Assembly: GCA_010909165.1 (NCBI GenBank)
Contig: MU008169.1
Coordinates: 868,001 to 932,000, forward strand
Source: Anthoceros angustus
Taxonomy: Eukaryota; Plantae; Anthocerotophyta
Direction of reading: 5' to 3'
Length of the DNA stretch: 64,000 nucleotides
Position 1 is the first letter of the stretch. Every line of letters begins with the position of its first letter. The translations under genes and the position numbers were made by a program. Shown piece by piece: positions 37,635 to 48,700 of the stretch. The notes under the pieces were generated by a model. That model was not told the DNA's origin, searched no databases, and saw nothing but the letters and a program-made list of their open reading frames with translations.

Positions 37635-38212
37635 TGAGAGAGACAAGCCGGCTTGTTTGGCTGTTTGGCTGGGATACAGTAGACTAGTTTAGCCTTTATA
37701 ACTGAGCAGCAGGAAAAGCAGCCTCTCACAAACCTCCTGTTGCTCTTCCCACCCTACTATCTATGTATTTCATTAAGTACTAGTCTGCCTAACTGTACAG
37801 CATTGTTCTTGACAGCAAGAACGCAGCCCCGTCCTAATCGGTGCTGCAAGAGATACCTACACACCTACCTGCCTACCTGCCTGTGCAACAGTCATCCAGC
37901 GAGCACGAAATCGCAGCAGCCTTGTCAATTACAGTCCAAGTCCTCTCCTAGTTCGCAGCCATAACTTGCTTGCTTGCACCCATAAGGGCAAGGCTGAGCA
38001 GAACATGTCCATGTCCACGTCCATGATGAGCACCAAAAAGCAACAAAAAAAAGCGAACAAAGAGCAGAGGCGAACAGCATGAGCCCTCCCTAACCTTCCT
38101 TTCCCTTCCCTTCCCTTCCCTTCTCTTCCCTTCCGGGCAGCAAGCCGGTGGGCGAAGCTTCCCGGAAGCTTCGCAGGTGGGCGAAGCTTCCTGGAAGCAG
38201 GCAATTCTTTGA

Positions 38213-38782
38213 TCAGGAGGAAGAAGAAGAAGAATTGAACACCCTCTCGGCCAACTCCAAGCACAGCGGCTCAGGCGCAAGAACGCACAGATTGTCGATA
38301 TCCACGGTGACGCGGGGCCTCAAGACCCTTCTGCGCACGCTGGGCGAGAAGGTGGCGGTCCTGGCGCCGCCCTCCTTGTAAATCACATCCAATTCCAGCA
38401 AATTCACTTCGAATCTGCAGCGGCACTTGCCATCCGGGTGCGGGAAGATGGGCTCCTCCACGCGCCTCAGAATTGCGTCGAACCAGGCGGCGGCGCCGTG
38501 TCGCAGGTGGTCCACCGTCGGGTGGGCCACGAACACCATGCACTCGTCTCCGGGCTCGATCTTGCTGGCGTGGTGCCTGCATCCGCTGGTGGGAAGCATT
38601 TTGGACCTGGGCCGTAAATTCTCCACGTTCACGTCCTCGTCCTCCTTCTCCGTGAACGTCCTGAAGCGCACCCTGTAAGTCCGAGGACCCACCTTCCTCA
38701 GCAGCTTGCAATCCCACCAGGAGCCCTCCACCATCGCCTCAATCTTTTGCCTCCGTACGGCCCTCCGGGGCGTGCGCCCCAT
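38213..38782 (-). CDS. Stand-alone SAWADEE-domain protein (SHH1-like tandem Tudor reader), intronless, 189 aa
   Basis: IEAMVEGSWWDC..VRFRTFTEKEDEDV..LRPRS..GC..IEPGD..AWFDAIL..HPDGKCRCRF. It keeps the aromatic cage positions and the C/HxxxxCxC zinc ligands of SHH1. There is no homeodomain. Confidence 0.85.
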   Translation of the reverse strand: MGRTPRRAVRRQKIEAMVEGSWWDCKLLRKVGPRTYRVRFRTFTEKEDEDVNVENLRPRSKMLPTSGCRHHASKIEPGDECMVFVAHPTVDHLRHGAAAWFDAILRRVEEPIFPHPDGKCRCRFEVNLLELDVIYKEGGARTATFSPSVRRRVLRPRVTVDIDNLCVLAPEPLCLELAERVFNSSSSSS

Positions 38783-40611
38783 CCTCGATCCCTCCTCCTG
38801 CTACCCTACGCTTGCTCAAGGGAGGCGCGCCGCCGTCGGGGCCTTCGTCTTGCCTGCGGGATCTCTCGCTTCTGCTTCTAGTTTAGTGCCACCATGGAAC
38901 TCGCCAGACTTCTTCTTCCCCCCCGTTTCCCCCGTTGGAAGCGCTCCAAGTATACATATGGTCCCAGTCCTAGTGGAAGTACATCTATTACTCGCACTGC
39001 GCGCTCGGGACAGGCCTCTCCACGGCTTCTACAATCACCGCAAACGTCATTTCCAAATGTGTTTTTCGCCATTGCCCGATGGTATACTTAATCAACGGAC
39101 ATCCATGTCGCCCATCATGGAATGGAGAAACACACGGTGGCAACCATCGATGTCTCGGATGGGATCCAATGAAGATTAGGACGCGACGGAGGGGGAGATC
39201 AGGATTTCTGTTGAGCAGAAAGTTTGAACCTTCCCAACCTCCCTTCCCATCTCCCGCCCTTCTCGTCAAGTGGTCTTGCGCCTTAGACCTCACCAGTTGA
39301 ACGCGAGTTGAACGCACCCAGAATTTGTTCGTCTTCAAATGCTCTCGAACCCTGGAATTCACATCATGGAGTTCCGCGCGCGTAGATTAATTCATCCTCA
39401 AGTGTTCTCACACCTTAGAACTCACACTAGGGAGTCTAGCGCACTCTGGACGAGAACGTAATATCAAACACAATCAAACATTACGATTACGAGGGTGGTT
39501 TTACACAGACAATCCATTAAGAAGATGCTTTGCTAGAGAACAAAGTGATTGAAGAGAATGTTACGACACTAAACATGACTCAAAAGGGGTGTGATCATTT
39601 CTTTTCTATTTTGTGACGTTTTTCAACAGGGTGTTTATTACTTTCCAAAAATATATACCTTGACGATGATTTTAGTGGTATGTAGGCCATTCAATGGTGG
39701 ACATGAATCTTCATAATGTACTGTGGTAAACAAGTGAAGAGTAAACGTTAGTAATAGACGAGATGGGGAATCCCATCTACCCCTGAAGACGGAGGAGGAA
39801 CAACCCAAAAAGGGCTAATAGAGGGTAAACAAGTTGATGGTTATTTCTTTCCTTGTATACAAATATAAAATAATTTTTTAAAATAAAAATTTTAAAATAA
39901 AAATTTTAAAATAAAATTTTTATTAAAAAATTATTATGAAATTGTTTTAAAAATAATTCTCGCTCTAACATGGAAGAAACGAGTCTGCAAACATATGTAC
40001 CTACACCGTGGTGGATCCGACATGTTTTAGGAAGCGTGCGCCATTGGTTTGTCATTGTATGATCAAACACGGATACTTTACATACGCAGTCAATGAAGCA
40101 AGTCCCCATGGTTTCAATGCTTGTTAGTCGAACCAGGGATGTTTTGCTTGGATGTTTTTCTACACGGGTGTGTTAAATTGCGTCAACAAACTCTTTTGAC
40201 AGTGGCTGTGACGATCCGTGGATGGCGTACTTATCGGCTGGACAGACGGCCTGTGATCCCTTACAAGGGGCTCCATAGAGGATCGTTTGTCGCAAGCTTT
40301 TTGTCCTGCTCAGCGAATCCACATCACCAGAAACCCTGCCTCGCTTATCAGAGCAGAGGTTTTCGGGGTTTAGATTTGCCTTGCTTTCACACATCAAAAT
40401 GAATTCATGGTGAGCAGTTTGCACACTGTCGATTACCTAGACAGGGCCACCACAAATCTTGCTGTATTTGACGACAATAGCCTTTGAGCTTTCGGAAGAA
40501 TCATCTCAGCCACTTCCCAGAGAACAGGGATCGGGTGTGCTGTTGACGGCATCTTACACAGCTAGCTTTCGGCTGTGCTACACAAATGATCTTGGTTTCA
40601 CCCACACGGTC

Positions 40612-43600
40612 TTATGTTTCAGAATTTCGATGTTTGTTATCCCCAACCACAAAAGTATGAACCTGGCCGTCCATGTCTGTCCACCAGCTCTGACCTGGCT
40701 GCTTCCAGGCCCCCATTCTCAATCTCATGGCATGCATCTCCTGGGCCTGCTCCCACATCTTGGCACCGGTGTATATGTTTGACATCATCACATATGCTGC
40801 CGCGTCTTCCTTCTCTAACTTAACTGCTTGGTCAAAAGCATGGCGTCCCACCTTCACGTTGCCCCACTTTTGACAAGCACACAAGAGTGTGTACCAAACA
40901 GCAGCATCAGGTAGTACAGGCATTCTCACTACTAAAGCTAGAGCCTCATCCAGTTGGCCTGCACGACCCAGGAGATCCACCATGCATGTATAGTGCTCCA
41001 TGGTGGGGGTGATCCCGTAGAGCCTGCTCATAGTCTCGAAGTACTCTCGCCCCTTGTTCACGAGACCTGTATGACTGCATACCATTAGTACACCAAGGAA
41101 CGTGATGCCATCCGGCTGTATGCCATGCTCTCTCATTCTGAGAATCAAGTCAAAGACCTCTCTACTGTCTCCTTGGCAGCTGTATCCTGCAATGAGTGCA
41201 TTCCAGGTGACCACATTCCGTTCGGGCAATGCCTTGAACACCTTCTCTGCTTCAACCATGCTCCCAGACTTCCCGTACATGTTTATCAAACTGCTGGCCA
41301 CAAAGACATCCGATTGAAGCCCTTGTTCTTCAATTCGTGCATGTACCTGCCTTCCCAGATGCAAAGCCGCTACATTTGCACAGGCCTGCAGCAGGCACAC
41401 GAATGTCATGGAGTTGGTTGAAGCCATGCCATCTTCTAGCATACCAAAGTAAAGATGAAGGGCATTGTGTCCAGAGGATCCTGGTATCATGGCATTCCAA
41501 GGCACAACATCTTTCTGACCAAGTCTATCGAACACACTCTCAACATCCTCTGGGCTGCAACGGGGGCCCAAACTTGCACAAGCCTGCAGGACGCATGCAA
41601 ACGTCACAGAATCAGGTCCAACGATGCCTTCCTCTTGCATTGCACAGTAAAGAAGAAGGGCTTCCTTGCCCATACCCAGTTGGGCATACGCACCTATCAT
41701 GGCAGTCCAGGTCACCACATCTTTTTGACTAAGTCCGTCAAACACTCTCTGAGCATCCTTTAGACTGCCACACTTTGCATACATGCTTACTAAACTGTTG
41801 GCTACAAGCAAGTCAGCTTGATGTCCTTGTTCTCTGATTTGCATATGAAGATGCCTGCCCATCTCCAAAGCTAGGGCCCCCACGTTTGCACATGCCTGCA
41901 GGAGGCACACAAAGGTCACAGAATTGGGCATATTGCTGCCTTCTTCTTGCATTTTGCTGTAAATATGAAAGGCTTCCTGGGCCATACCCACCTGGGAATA
42001 CCCTCCAATCATAGCATTCCACGTCAACAGATCTTTGTGAACGGCTCCATCAAATGTTATCTTGGCATCTTCCAAGCTGCCGCACTTTGCATACATGTGT
42101 ATTAAACTGTTGGATACAACCAGGTCGCCTTGAAGCTCTTGTTGTCTAATTTGCTCATGCAGCTGCCTCCCCTTGTCCAACGCTTGGGAGCCCATACTTG
42201 CACATGCCTGCAGCAGGCACACAAACGTCACAGAATCAGGTACAGCCATGCCATCCTCTTCCATAGCACTGTAAAGACAAAGGGCTTCCTTGCCCATGCC
42301 CTGCTGGGAATGCCCTGCGATTAGAGCAGTCCACGTCACCACATCTTTCTGACCAAGTGCATCAAACACTCTCTGAGCATCCTTGAGGCTGCCACACTTT
42401 GCATACATGTTTACCAAACTGTTGGCTACAAGCCCATCAGTTTCATGTCCTTGTTCTCGAATTTGTGCATGAAGATGCTTGCCCATCTCCAAAGCAGGAG
42501 GGCCCCCACCTGCACATGCTTGCAGGAGGCATACAAATGTCACAGCATTGGGTGTAACCAAACCTTCCTCTTGCATAGCGATGTAAAGATCGAGAGCTTC
42601 CTGCACCATGCTTTGCTGGCTATATCCTGCTATTATGGCACTCCACGTCACCACATCCTTGTCGCAAAGTCCGTCAAACACGCCCCGAGCATCCTCAAAA
42701 CTGCCACACTTTGCATACATGTTTATCAAACTGTTGGCTACGACCACATCACTTTGATGTCCTTGTTTTGTAATTTGTGCATGAAGCTGCTTTCCCCTCT
42801 TCAAGGCAGCGGTGCCCACAGTTGCACATGCCTGCAAGAGGCACACAAACGTCACAGGGGTGGGTACAGCCATTCCTTCTTCTTGCATAAGACTGTAGAG
42901 GTCAAGCGCTTCCTGCCCCAAGCCCTGCTGGGAATATCCTGAAATGAGAGCAGTCCATGTCACCACATCCTTGTGATGAAGTCCGTCAAAGACTCTCTGA
43001 GCATTCTCCAAGCTTCCACACTTTGCATACATGTTTACCAAACTGTTGGCTACGAAGACATCACCTTCATGTCCCCGTTCTCTTATTTGCGCATGGAGCT
43101 CCTTCCCCGTCTCCAATGCTGGGGTGCCCATACTTGCACATGCCTGCAGGAGGCAAAGAAATGTCACAGTATTCGCCATAGCCACACCTTCTTCTTGCAT
43201 AACACCGTAGAGACGAAGGGCATCCTGTCCCATTCCCTGCTTGGCATATCCTGCTATCAAGGTAGTCCACGTTACAACATCTTTTTCCCCAAGTTCGTCA
43301 AAAACTCTTTGGGCGTCTTCCAAGCTGCCACACTTTGCGTACATGTCCACCAAGCAATTACAGACAAACAGATCAGGCTCAACTCCACTGGCAAACAGAT
43401 CAGCATGCAGCTCCAGACCAGTTTGCAAGTCTGCTCCCCTTGCACAAGCCTGAAGTGTTGCCACAAACACATGGCCATCTGGCTTCGCTCCTGACCTCCG
43501 CATTTGACGATACAGTTGGATAGCCTGCTTGTCTTGTCCCTCTTTGACATGCGCGGAAATAATGGAAGACCACATGAAGGCGTCAGGGTTGGCAGCCACG

Positions 43601-44058
43601 GTGAACACATCCATCGCGTCTTGTAACCTGCCATTAGAAGCGTACATTCGCAAGATGTGGTTGCACAGGAACGAGTCCGACTCATACCCCTCTTTCACCG
43701 TGAGAGCATGTACGCGGCGACCCAGCACAAGATTCTGCTTTGCTGCACATTTCTTCAGGACATTGCAGAGGAGAGATTTGGAAACACAACAGTCTGCCTG
43801 CACCAGAAATCCCAATGCCTCAACAGCTTGAGTGAGACGATCCTCTTCACATAGCTTTCTCACGTTCTCAGCTGTTAAGGCCCTGTCGTATCCTGCAGGC
43901 CTGTAGGCCTGCGAAGCCAAATTGCTCCACCTCGTGGCTTGCTTCCGTGACATCAGGTGCGCTGGACCTCTTCCTGTACTACCTCTTGCCCTCCAGACGG
44001 CCCTGAATTCCAGGAGCATAGATTGCCTGGAGCTCCCACCGGTCGGTGAGCACAACAA
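40612..44058 (-). CDS. PLS-class PPR protein with E domains (organellar RNA editing factor), intronless
   Basis: Repeating P-L-S triplets (DVVTWxAxIxGY / VTFVCLLQACA / NMYAKCGS), then EHYTCMVDLLGRAG and WKQPGQSWW. The first in-frame ATG is at 44019; the exact start is uncertain. Confidence 0.95.
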   Translation of the reverse strand: MLCSPTGGSSRQSMLLEFRAVWRARGSTGRGPAHLMSRKQATRWSNLASQAYRPAGYDRALTAENVRKLCEEDRLTQAVEALGFLVQADCCVSKSLLCNVLKKCAAKQNLVLGRRVHALTVKEGYESDSFLCNHILRMYASNGRLQDAMDVFTVAANPDAFMWSSIISAHVKEGQDKQAIQLYRQMRRSGAKPDGHVFVATLQACARGADLQTGLELHADLFASGVEPDLFVCNCLVDMYAKCGSLEDAQRVFDELGEKDVVTWTTLIAGYAKQGMGQDALRLYGVMQEEGVAMANTVTFLCLLQACASMGTPALETGKELHAQIRERGHEGDVFVANSLVNMYAKCGSLENAQRVFDGLHHKDVVTWTALISGYSQQGLGQEALDLYSLMQEEGMAVPTPVTFVCLLQACATVGTAALKRGKQLHAQITKQGHQSDVVVANSLINMYAKCGSFEDARGVFDGLCDKDVVTWSAIIAGYSQQSMVQEALDLYIAMQEEGLVTPNAVTFVCLLQACAGGGPPALEMGKHLHAQIREQGHETDGLVANSLVNMYAKCGSLKDAQRVFDALGQKDVVTWTALIAGHSQQGMGKEALCLYSAMEEDGMAVPDSVTFVCLLQACASMGSQALDKGRQLHEQIRQQELQGDLVVSNSLIHMYAKCGSLEDAKITFDGAVHKDLLTWNAMIGGYSQVGMAQEAFHIYSKMQEEGSNMPNSVTFVCLLQACANVGALALEMGRHLHMQIREQGHQADLLVANSLVSMYAKCGSLKDAQRVFDGLSQKDVVTWTAMIGAYAQLGMGKEALLLYCAMQEEGIVGPDSVTFACVLQACASLGPRCSPEDVESVFDRLGQKDVVPWNAMIPGSSGHNALHLYFGMLEDGMASTNSMTFVCLLQACANVAALHLGRQVHARIEEQGLQSDVFVASSLINMYGKSGSMVEAEKVFKALPERNVVTWNALIAGYSCQGDSREVFDLILRMREHGIQPDGITFLGVLMVCSHTGLVNKGREYFETMSRLYGITPTMEHYTCMVDLLGRAGQLDEALALVVRMPVLPDAAVWYTLLCACQKWGNVKVGRHAFDQAVKLEKEDAAAYVMMSNIYTGAKMWEQAQEMHAMRLRMGAWKQPGQSWWTDMDGQVHTFVVGDNKHRNSET

Positions 44059-44694
44059 TGGTTTTCAATGACCCACCGAGCTTGCGGGACAGGTGGACCA
44101 ACAACCTGAACGCCATCAGGTTGTTGGTCACTCGTGCTTTGAGAATGTTAGCAACCGGAGTAGCAGGCTGAAAAAACAGGATCATGCGTGCAGGCTGCAC
44201 AGACAAGTCAGCTTCTGTGTTCCAGGCAAACAGGTGTTGACTGACAGGCTTTCGAAGTGTGGGCAATTTGTGGTATTGTACTAGGATAATTTTGTTCCTC
44301 GCCGCATGACACACAGCAACAAAGAAGACGAATCTATCGCATGCTCACCGGGTACTGTGTAGAGTATCTTAGAGAGGAGAACATTTCAGTCCACTCTCTC
44401 ATTTGAGTCCTGCAGTGTGGAGAGGGTACTTGGTCACATCCCACTTTTCAGTGTTGCAGACCAAGCTTTGTGTTAGTCATCTACATTGTTTTTGTGCCTA
44501 GCATGGTGGGGAGGAAGCCTGCAGTGGAGACATAGTGCAACACATCAGAATCGAGGAGTCCCGATCTTTGAACACGCAGAGAGTGAGGGTCTAGAGTGTC
44601 CCTCATTTGGAAAGTCGTCTAACAGGACGGATGAGTTCTCAGCAGGTATCGAGAGGCTGCTGGTTTTGCTTCTACTTTTTAGCGAAGATACTTA

Positions 44695-45322
44695 TTAACA
44701 ACTTGTACCATGGTATGCCTAAGCTACTTGCACCAAGGGCATCCATTCCCTTTAGGCACCCCATCTAAGTACCGATCGAAGCACAGGATGCTTAATAATC
44801 ACGTTCTTATAAATGTGTCCAAATCACCCCATCTAAGTACCGATCCAAGGGTAGGATGCTTAATAATCACGTTCTTATAAATGTGTATCCATTTGGCCTA
44901 AGCCATTGGAGATAGGACGTTCTTAAAGTATGTGTGTCCAAATGGCTTAAGCTAAATGGACACACATTTATAAGCACATCGTGATTAAGCATTTTGTAAG
45001 CTCAGTACTTAGATGGGGTCCTTAAACAGAATGGATGAGCTTAGATCGGTACTTAGATGGGGTGCCTAAAGGGAGTGGATGTCTTGGTGCAAGTAACTTA
45101 GGCACACCATGGTACAAGTGGTGTAGCTTAGTTCGGTAACTAGATGGGTCCCTAAAGGGAGTGGATGAGCTTAGATCGGTACTTAGATGGGGTGCTTAAA
45201 GGGAGTGGATGCCCTTGGTGCAAGTAGCTTAGGCACACCATGGTACAAGTGGTACTTAAACCCTTGGTGCAAGTAGCTTAGGCACACCATGATATAAATT
45301 GTTAAGTACTAAGTCCTATGAC
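44695..45322. mobile_element. Foldback-type non-autonomous element (long imperfect palindrome with internally tandem-duplicated arms)
   Basis: 44695-44782 is the reverse complement of 45038-45120, of 45168-45250 and partly of 45260-45305. The inner arms 44800-44900 and 44955-45020 are also complementary. Confidence 0.85.
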
Positions 45323-45719
45323 GAATATGTTTAGTGAACTTAAATTTAAAAAAAATTCTTCTTTATTTTAAAAAAATCCATCTTAGCGGACTTAAATAAA
45401 AATTTTTTCTTATACTTTGGAGCCTAGCAGTTCTAAAGAAACCTCATCCAGGTTAACCAACATAAGCGCCACCACTTCGTTTTTGCTTCTACTTTTAGGT
45501 GAGCCGAGAAGGGCTATCAGGTACACAGTTAAAAATGGACATTTGCAGTCGTTTGCCTGGAAAAGGCGCACAGAAGCTATGAGGAACTGAAAATGAGCTT
45601 CGATTCTGAAGCTTGGGCTGGGAATATGGCTTGGTGCCGAAGGCGGTAACATTGTAGCAATATGAAGAGCCCCGGCTGTTGGGCTCACTTTGAAGGCACA
45701 CGATGGACTGCAAATAACC

Positions 45720-48700
45720 ATGCAGGAATTTTGCAGGAAAGCCAGCCGGTCCCAGAGGATGTCTGGCTGGAAAGGCATCTTCCAGCGAGAGACTTTTTCA
45801 GAAGCTCTGTTGAGAAGATGTTTCCGAGACCCAACAGTCAGGAGGGATACCAGTCAGAATAGGAACGATATGTCACCTCATTGTCTGTACAGGGAGTCCC
45901 ATGAGCTCCTTTGGCTAAAAATGCCAGCTCGGAGGTATAGGAAGCTTGCTGTCCTGGATGTTCTGGATGGTCCTGAGCCTGGCAGGCCTGCAGGATACGG
46001 AATCGGGGTAACGGCTGAAACCGTGAGCAAGCTATGTGAAGAGGGGAATCTCACAAAGGCTGTGGAGGCTTTGGGAGTTCTCGTGCAGGCAGGCTACTGT
46101 GTTTCCAAAGCTCTGTTTTATGCTGTGCTGAAAAACTGTGTGGGGAAGAGGAATCTTGTTCTGGGTCGGCGCGTGCATGCTTTCACGGTGGAAATTGGGT
46201 ATCAGTCGGACACGTTCCTTTGCAACCACATCCTGCGAATGTATGCTTGTCATGGCAAGTTCCATGCCGCGATGGATGTGTTTGCAGGGGTTGCTGACCC
46301 AGATGCGTTTACATGGTCTTGCATCATTTCTGCCCATGTGAAACATGGGCAAGACAAGCAGGTCATGCAACTGTATCGGGAACTGCGCAGGTCGAGTGTG
46401 AAGCCAGATGGGTATGTGTTTGTGGCAGCCCTTCAGGCTTGTGCAAGGGGAGCAGATCTGAAGTCCGGGCGGGAGCTGCATGCTGATGTCTTGGCCGGAG
46501 GGGTGGAGCATGATTTGTTCGTTTGTAATGGCTTGGTGAACATGTATGCGAAGTGTGGGAACTTGGAAGATGCACAAAGATTGTTTGACAGACTTGGTGA
46601 AAAGGACGTGGTGACTTGGACTTCCATGATAGCGGGGTATTCCCAGCTGGGCATGGGGCAGGAAGCCCTTGATCTCTACTGTGAGATGCGAGAAGAAAGC
46701 ATGGCTGTACCAAACTCCGTGACCTTTGTGTGTCTGCTGCAGGCATGTGCAAGTGTGGGTACCCCAGCATTAGAGGAGGGGAAGCAGCTTCATGAGCAAA
46801 TTAGAGAAAGCGGATATGAAGGTGATGTGTTTGTGGCCAGCAGTTTGGTGAACATGTATGCAAAGTGTGGCAGCATAGAGGATGCCCAGGGAGTTTTCGA
46901 TGGACTTGGTGAGAAGAATGTGGTAACGTGGAGTGCCATGATAGCAGGATATTTCAAGCATGGGATGGCGGAGGAAGCCCTTTACCTTTACAGTGAGATG
47001 CAAGGTGGTGGCCTGGCTGTACCTAATTCAGTGACATTTGTTTGCCTCCTGCAGGGATGTGCAAGTGTGGGCACTGCCGCTTTGGAAACGGGGAAGCAGC
47101 TTCATGTGGAAATTTTGGAACAAGGACATCAAGGTGATGTGCTTGTAGCAAACAGTTTGGTCAACATGTATGCAAAGTGTGGCAGCCTAGAGGATGCTCA
47201 GAGAGTGTTTGATGGACTAAGTCAAAAGGATGTGGTGACGTGGAATGCCGTGATAGCAGGGCACTCCCAGCAGGGCCAGGGCCAGCAAGCCCTTCGTCTG
47301 TACAGTGCTATGGTTGAAGAGCGCATGGTTGAACCTAATTCCGTGACATTTGTGTGCCTTCTGCAGGCGTGTGCGACTCTGGGCGCCCAGGCACTGGAAA
47401 GGGGGCGACATCTTCATACACAAATTCAGGAACGAGGACTGCAAGCTGATGTGTTCGTAGGCAATAGTCTGGTGAACATGTATGCAAAATGTGGCAGCTT
47501 GCGAGATGCTCAAAGAGTGTTTGATGGACTCGTTCGAAAAGATGTGGTGACTTGGAATGCCATGATAGCCCAGTATTCACAGCAGGGTATGGGAGAAGAA
47601 GCCCTTCGTCTCTACAGTGCTATGCAAGAACAAGATGAGCTCATTGTGCCTGATGTTGTGACATTTGTGTGCCTCCTGCAGGCCTGTGCATGTGTGGGCA
47701 CTCCAGCTCTAGAGAAGGGGAAGCGGCTTCATGCAGAAATTAGAGAACAAGGACGTCAAGTTGAGGAGTTTGTGGCCAGCAGTTTGGTCAACATGTATGC
47801 AAAATGTGGTAGCTTGCAAAACGCTCAGAGAGTGTTTGATGGACTCCTTCAAAAGGATGTTGTGACGTGGAACGTCATGATATCAGGGTATTCCCAGCAG
47901 GGCATGGGACAGGAAGCCCTTCGTCTCTATGGTGTTATGCAAGAAGAAGGCATGGCTGTACCTGACTCTGTGACATTTGTGTGCCTCTTGCAGGCATGTG
48001 CGGGCATGGGCACCAGAGCTTTGGACAAGGGGAAGCAGCTTCATCAACACATTAGAGAACAAGAACTCGAGGCTGATGTGTTCCTAGCTAACAGTCTGGT
48101 GAATATGTATTCGAAGTGCGGCGGTTTGGAAGATGGTAGGAAACTCTTTGATGGACTCCTTCAAAAAGATGTGGTCACGTGGAATGCCATGATATCAGGG
48201 TATTCCCAGCAGGGCATGGGCCAGGAAGCCCTTTGTCTTTACTCTGCTATGCAAGAAGAAGGCATTGCCTTAGCCAGTTCCGTGACGCTTGTGTGCCTCT
48301 TGCAGGCTTGTGCAATTGTTGGAAGCCCAGCTTTGGAGAAGGGAAAGAAGATTCATGCTCAAATTGAGCTACTAGGACCTCAAGCGGATGCATTTTTAAC
48401 CAGCAGTTTGGTAAACATGTATGTAAAGTGTGGCAGCCTAGAAGATGCTCAGAGAGTGTTTGATGGGCTTGGTCTAAAGGATGCGGTGACGTGGAGTGCC
48501 ATGATAGCAGGGTACTCAAAGCATGGCATGGGCCAGGAAGCCCTTCGCCTTTACTCTGCTATGCAAGAAGAAGGCGTCGTTGTACCCAGTTCTGTAACAT
48601 TTGCGTTCCTCCTACAGGCATGCGCAGATGTGGCAGCTTTGCAGATAGGGAGGCAGCTGCATGCACAGATCGAGGAACTGGGTTGTCAAACAGATGCGTT

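Noticed and set aside
38950-39180. Weak resemblance of FYNHRKRHF..PDGIL to a Harbinger transposase
   Set aside because: Too short and diverged to call without an HMM search.
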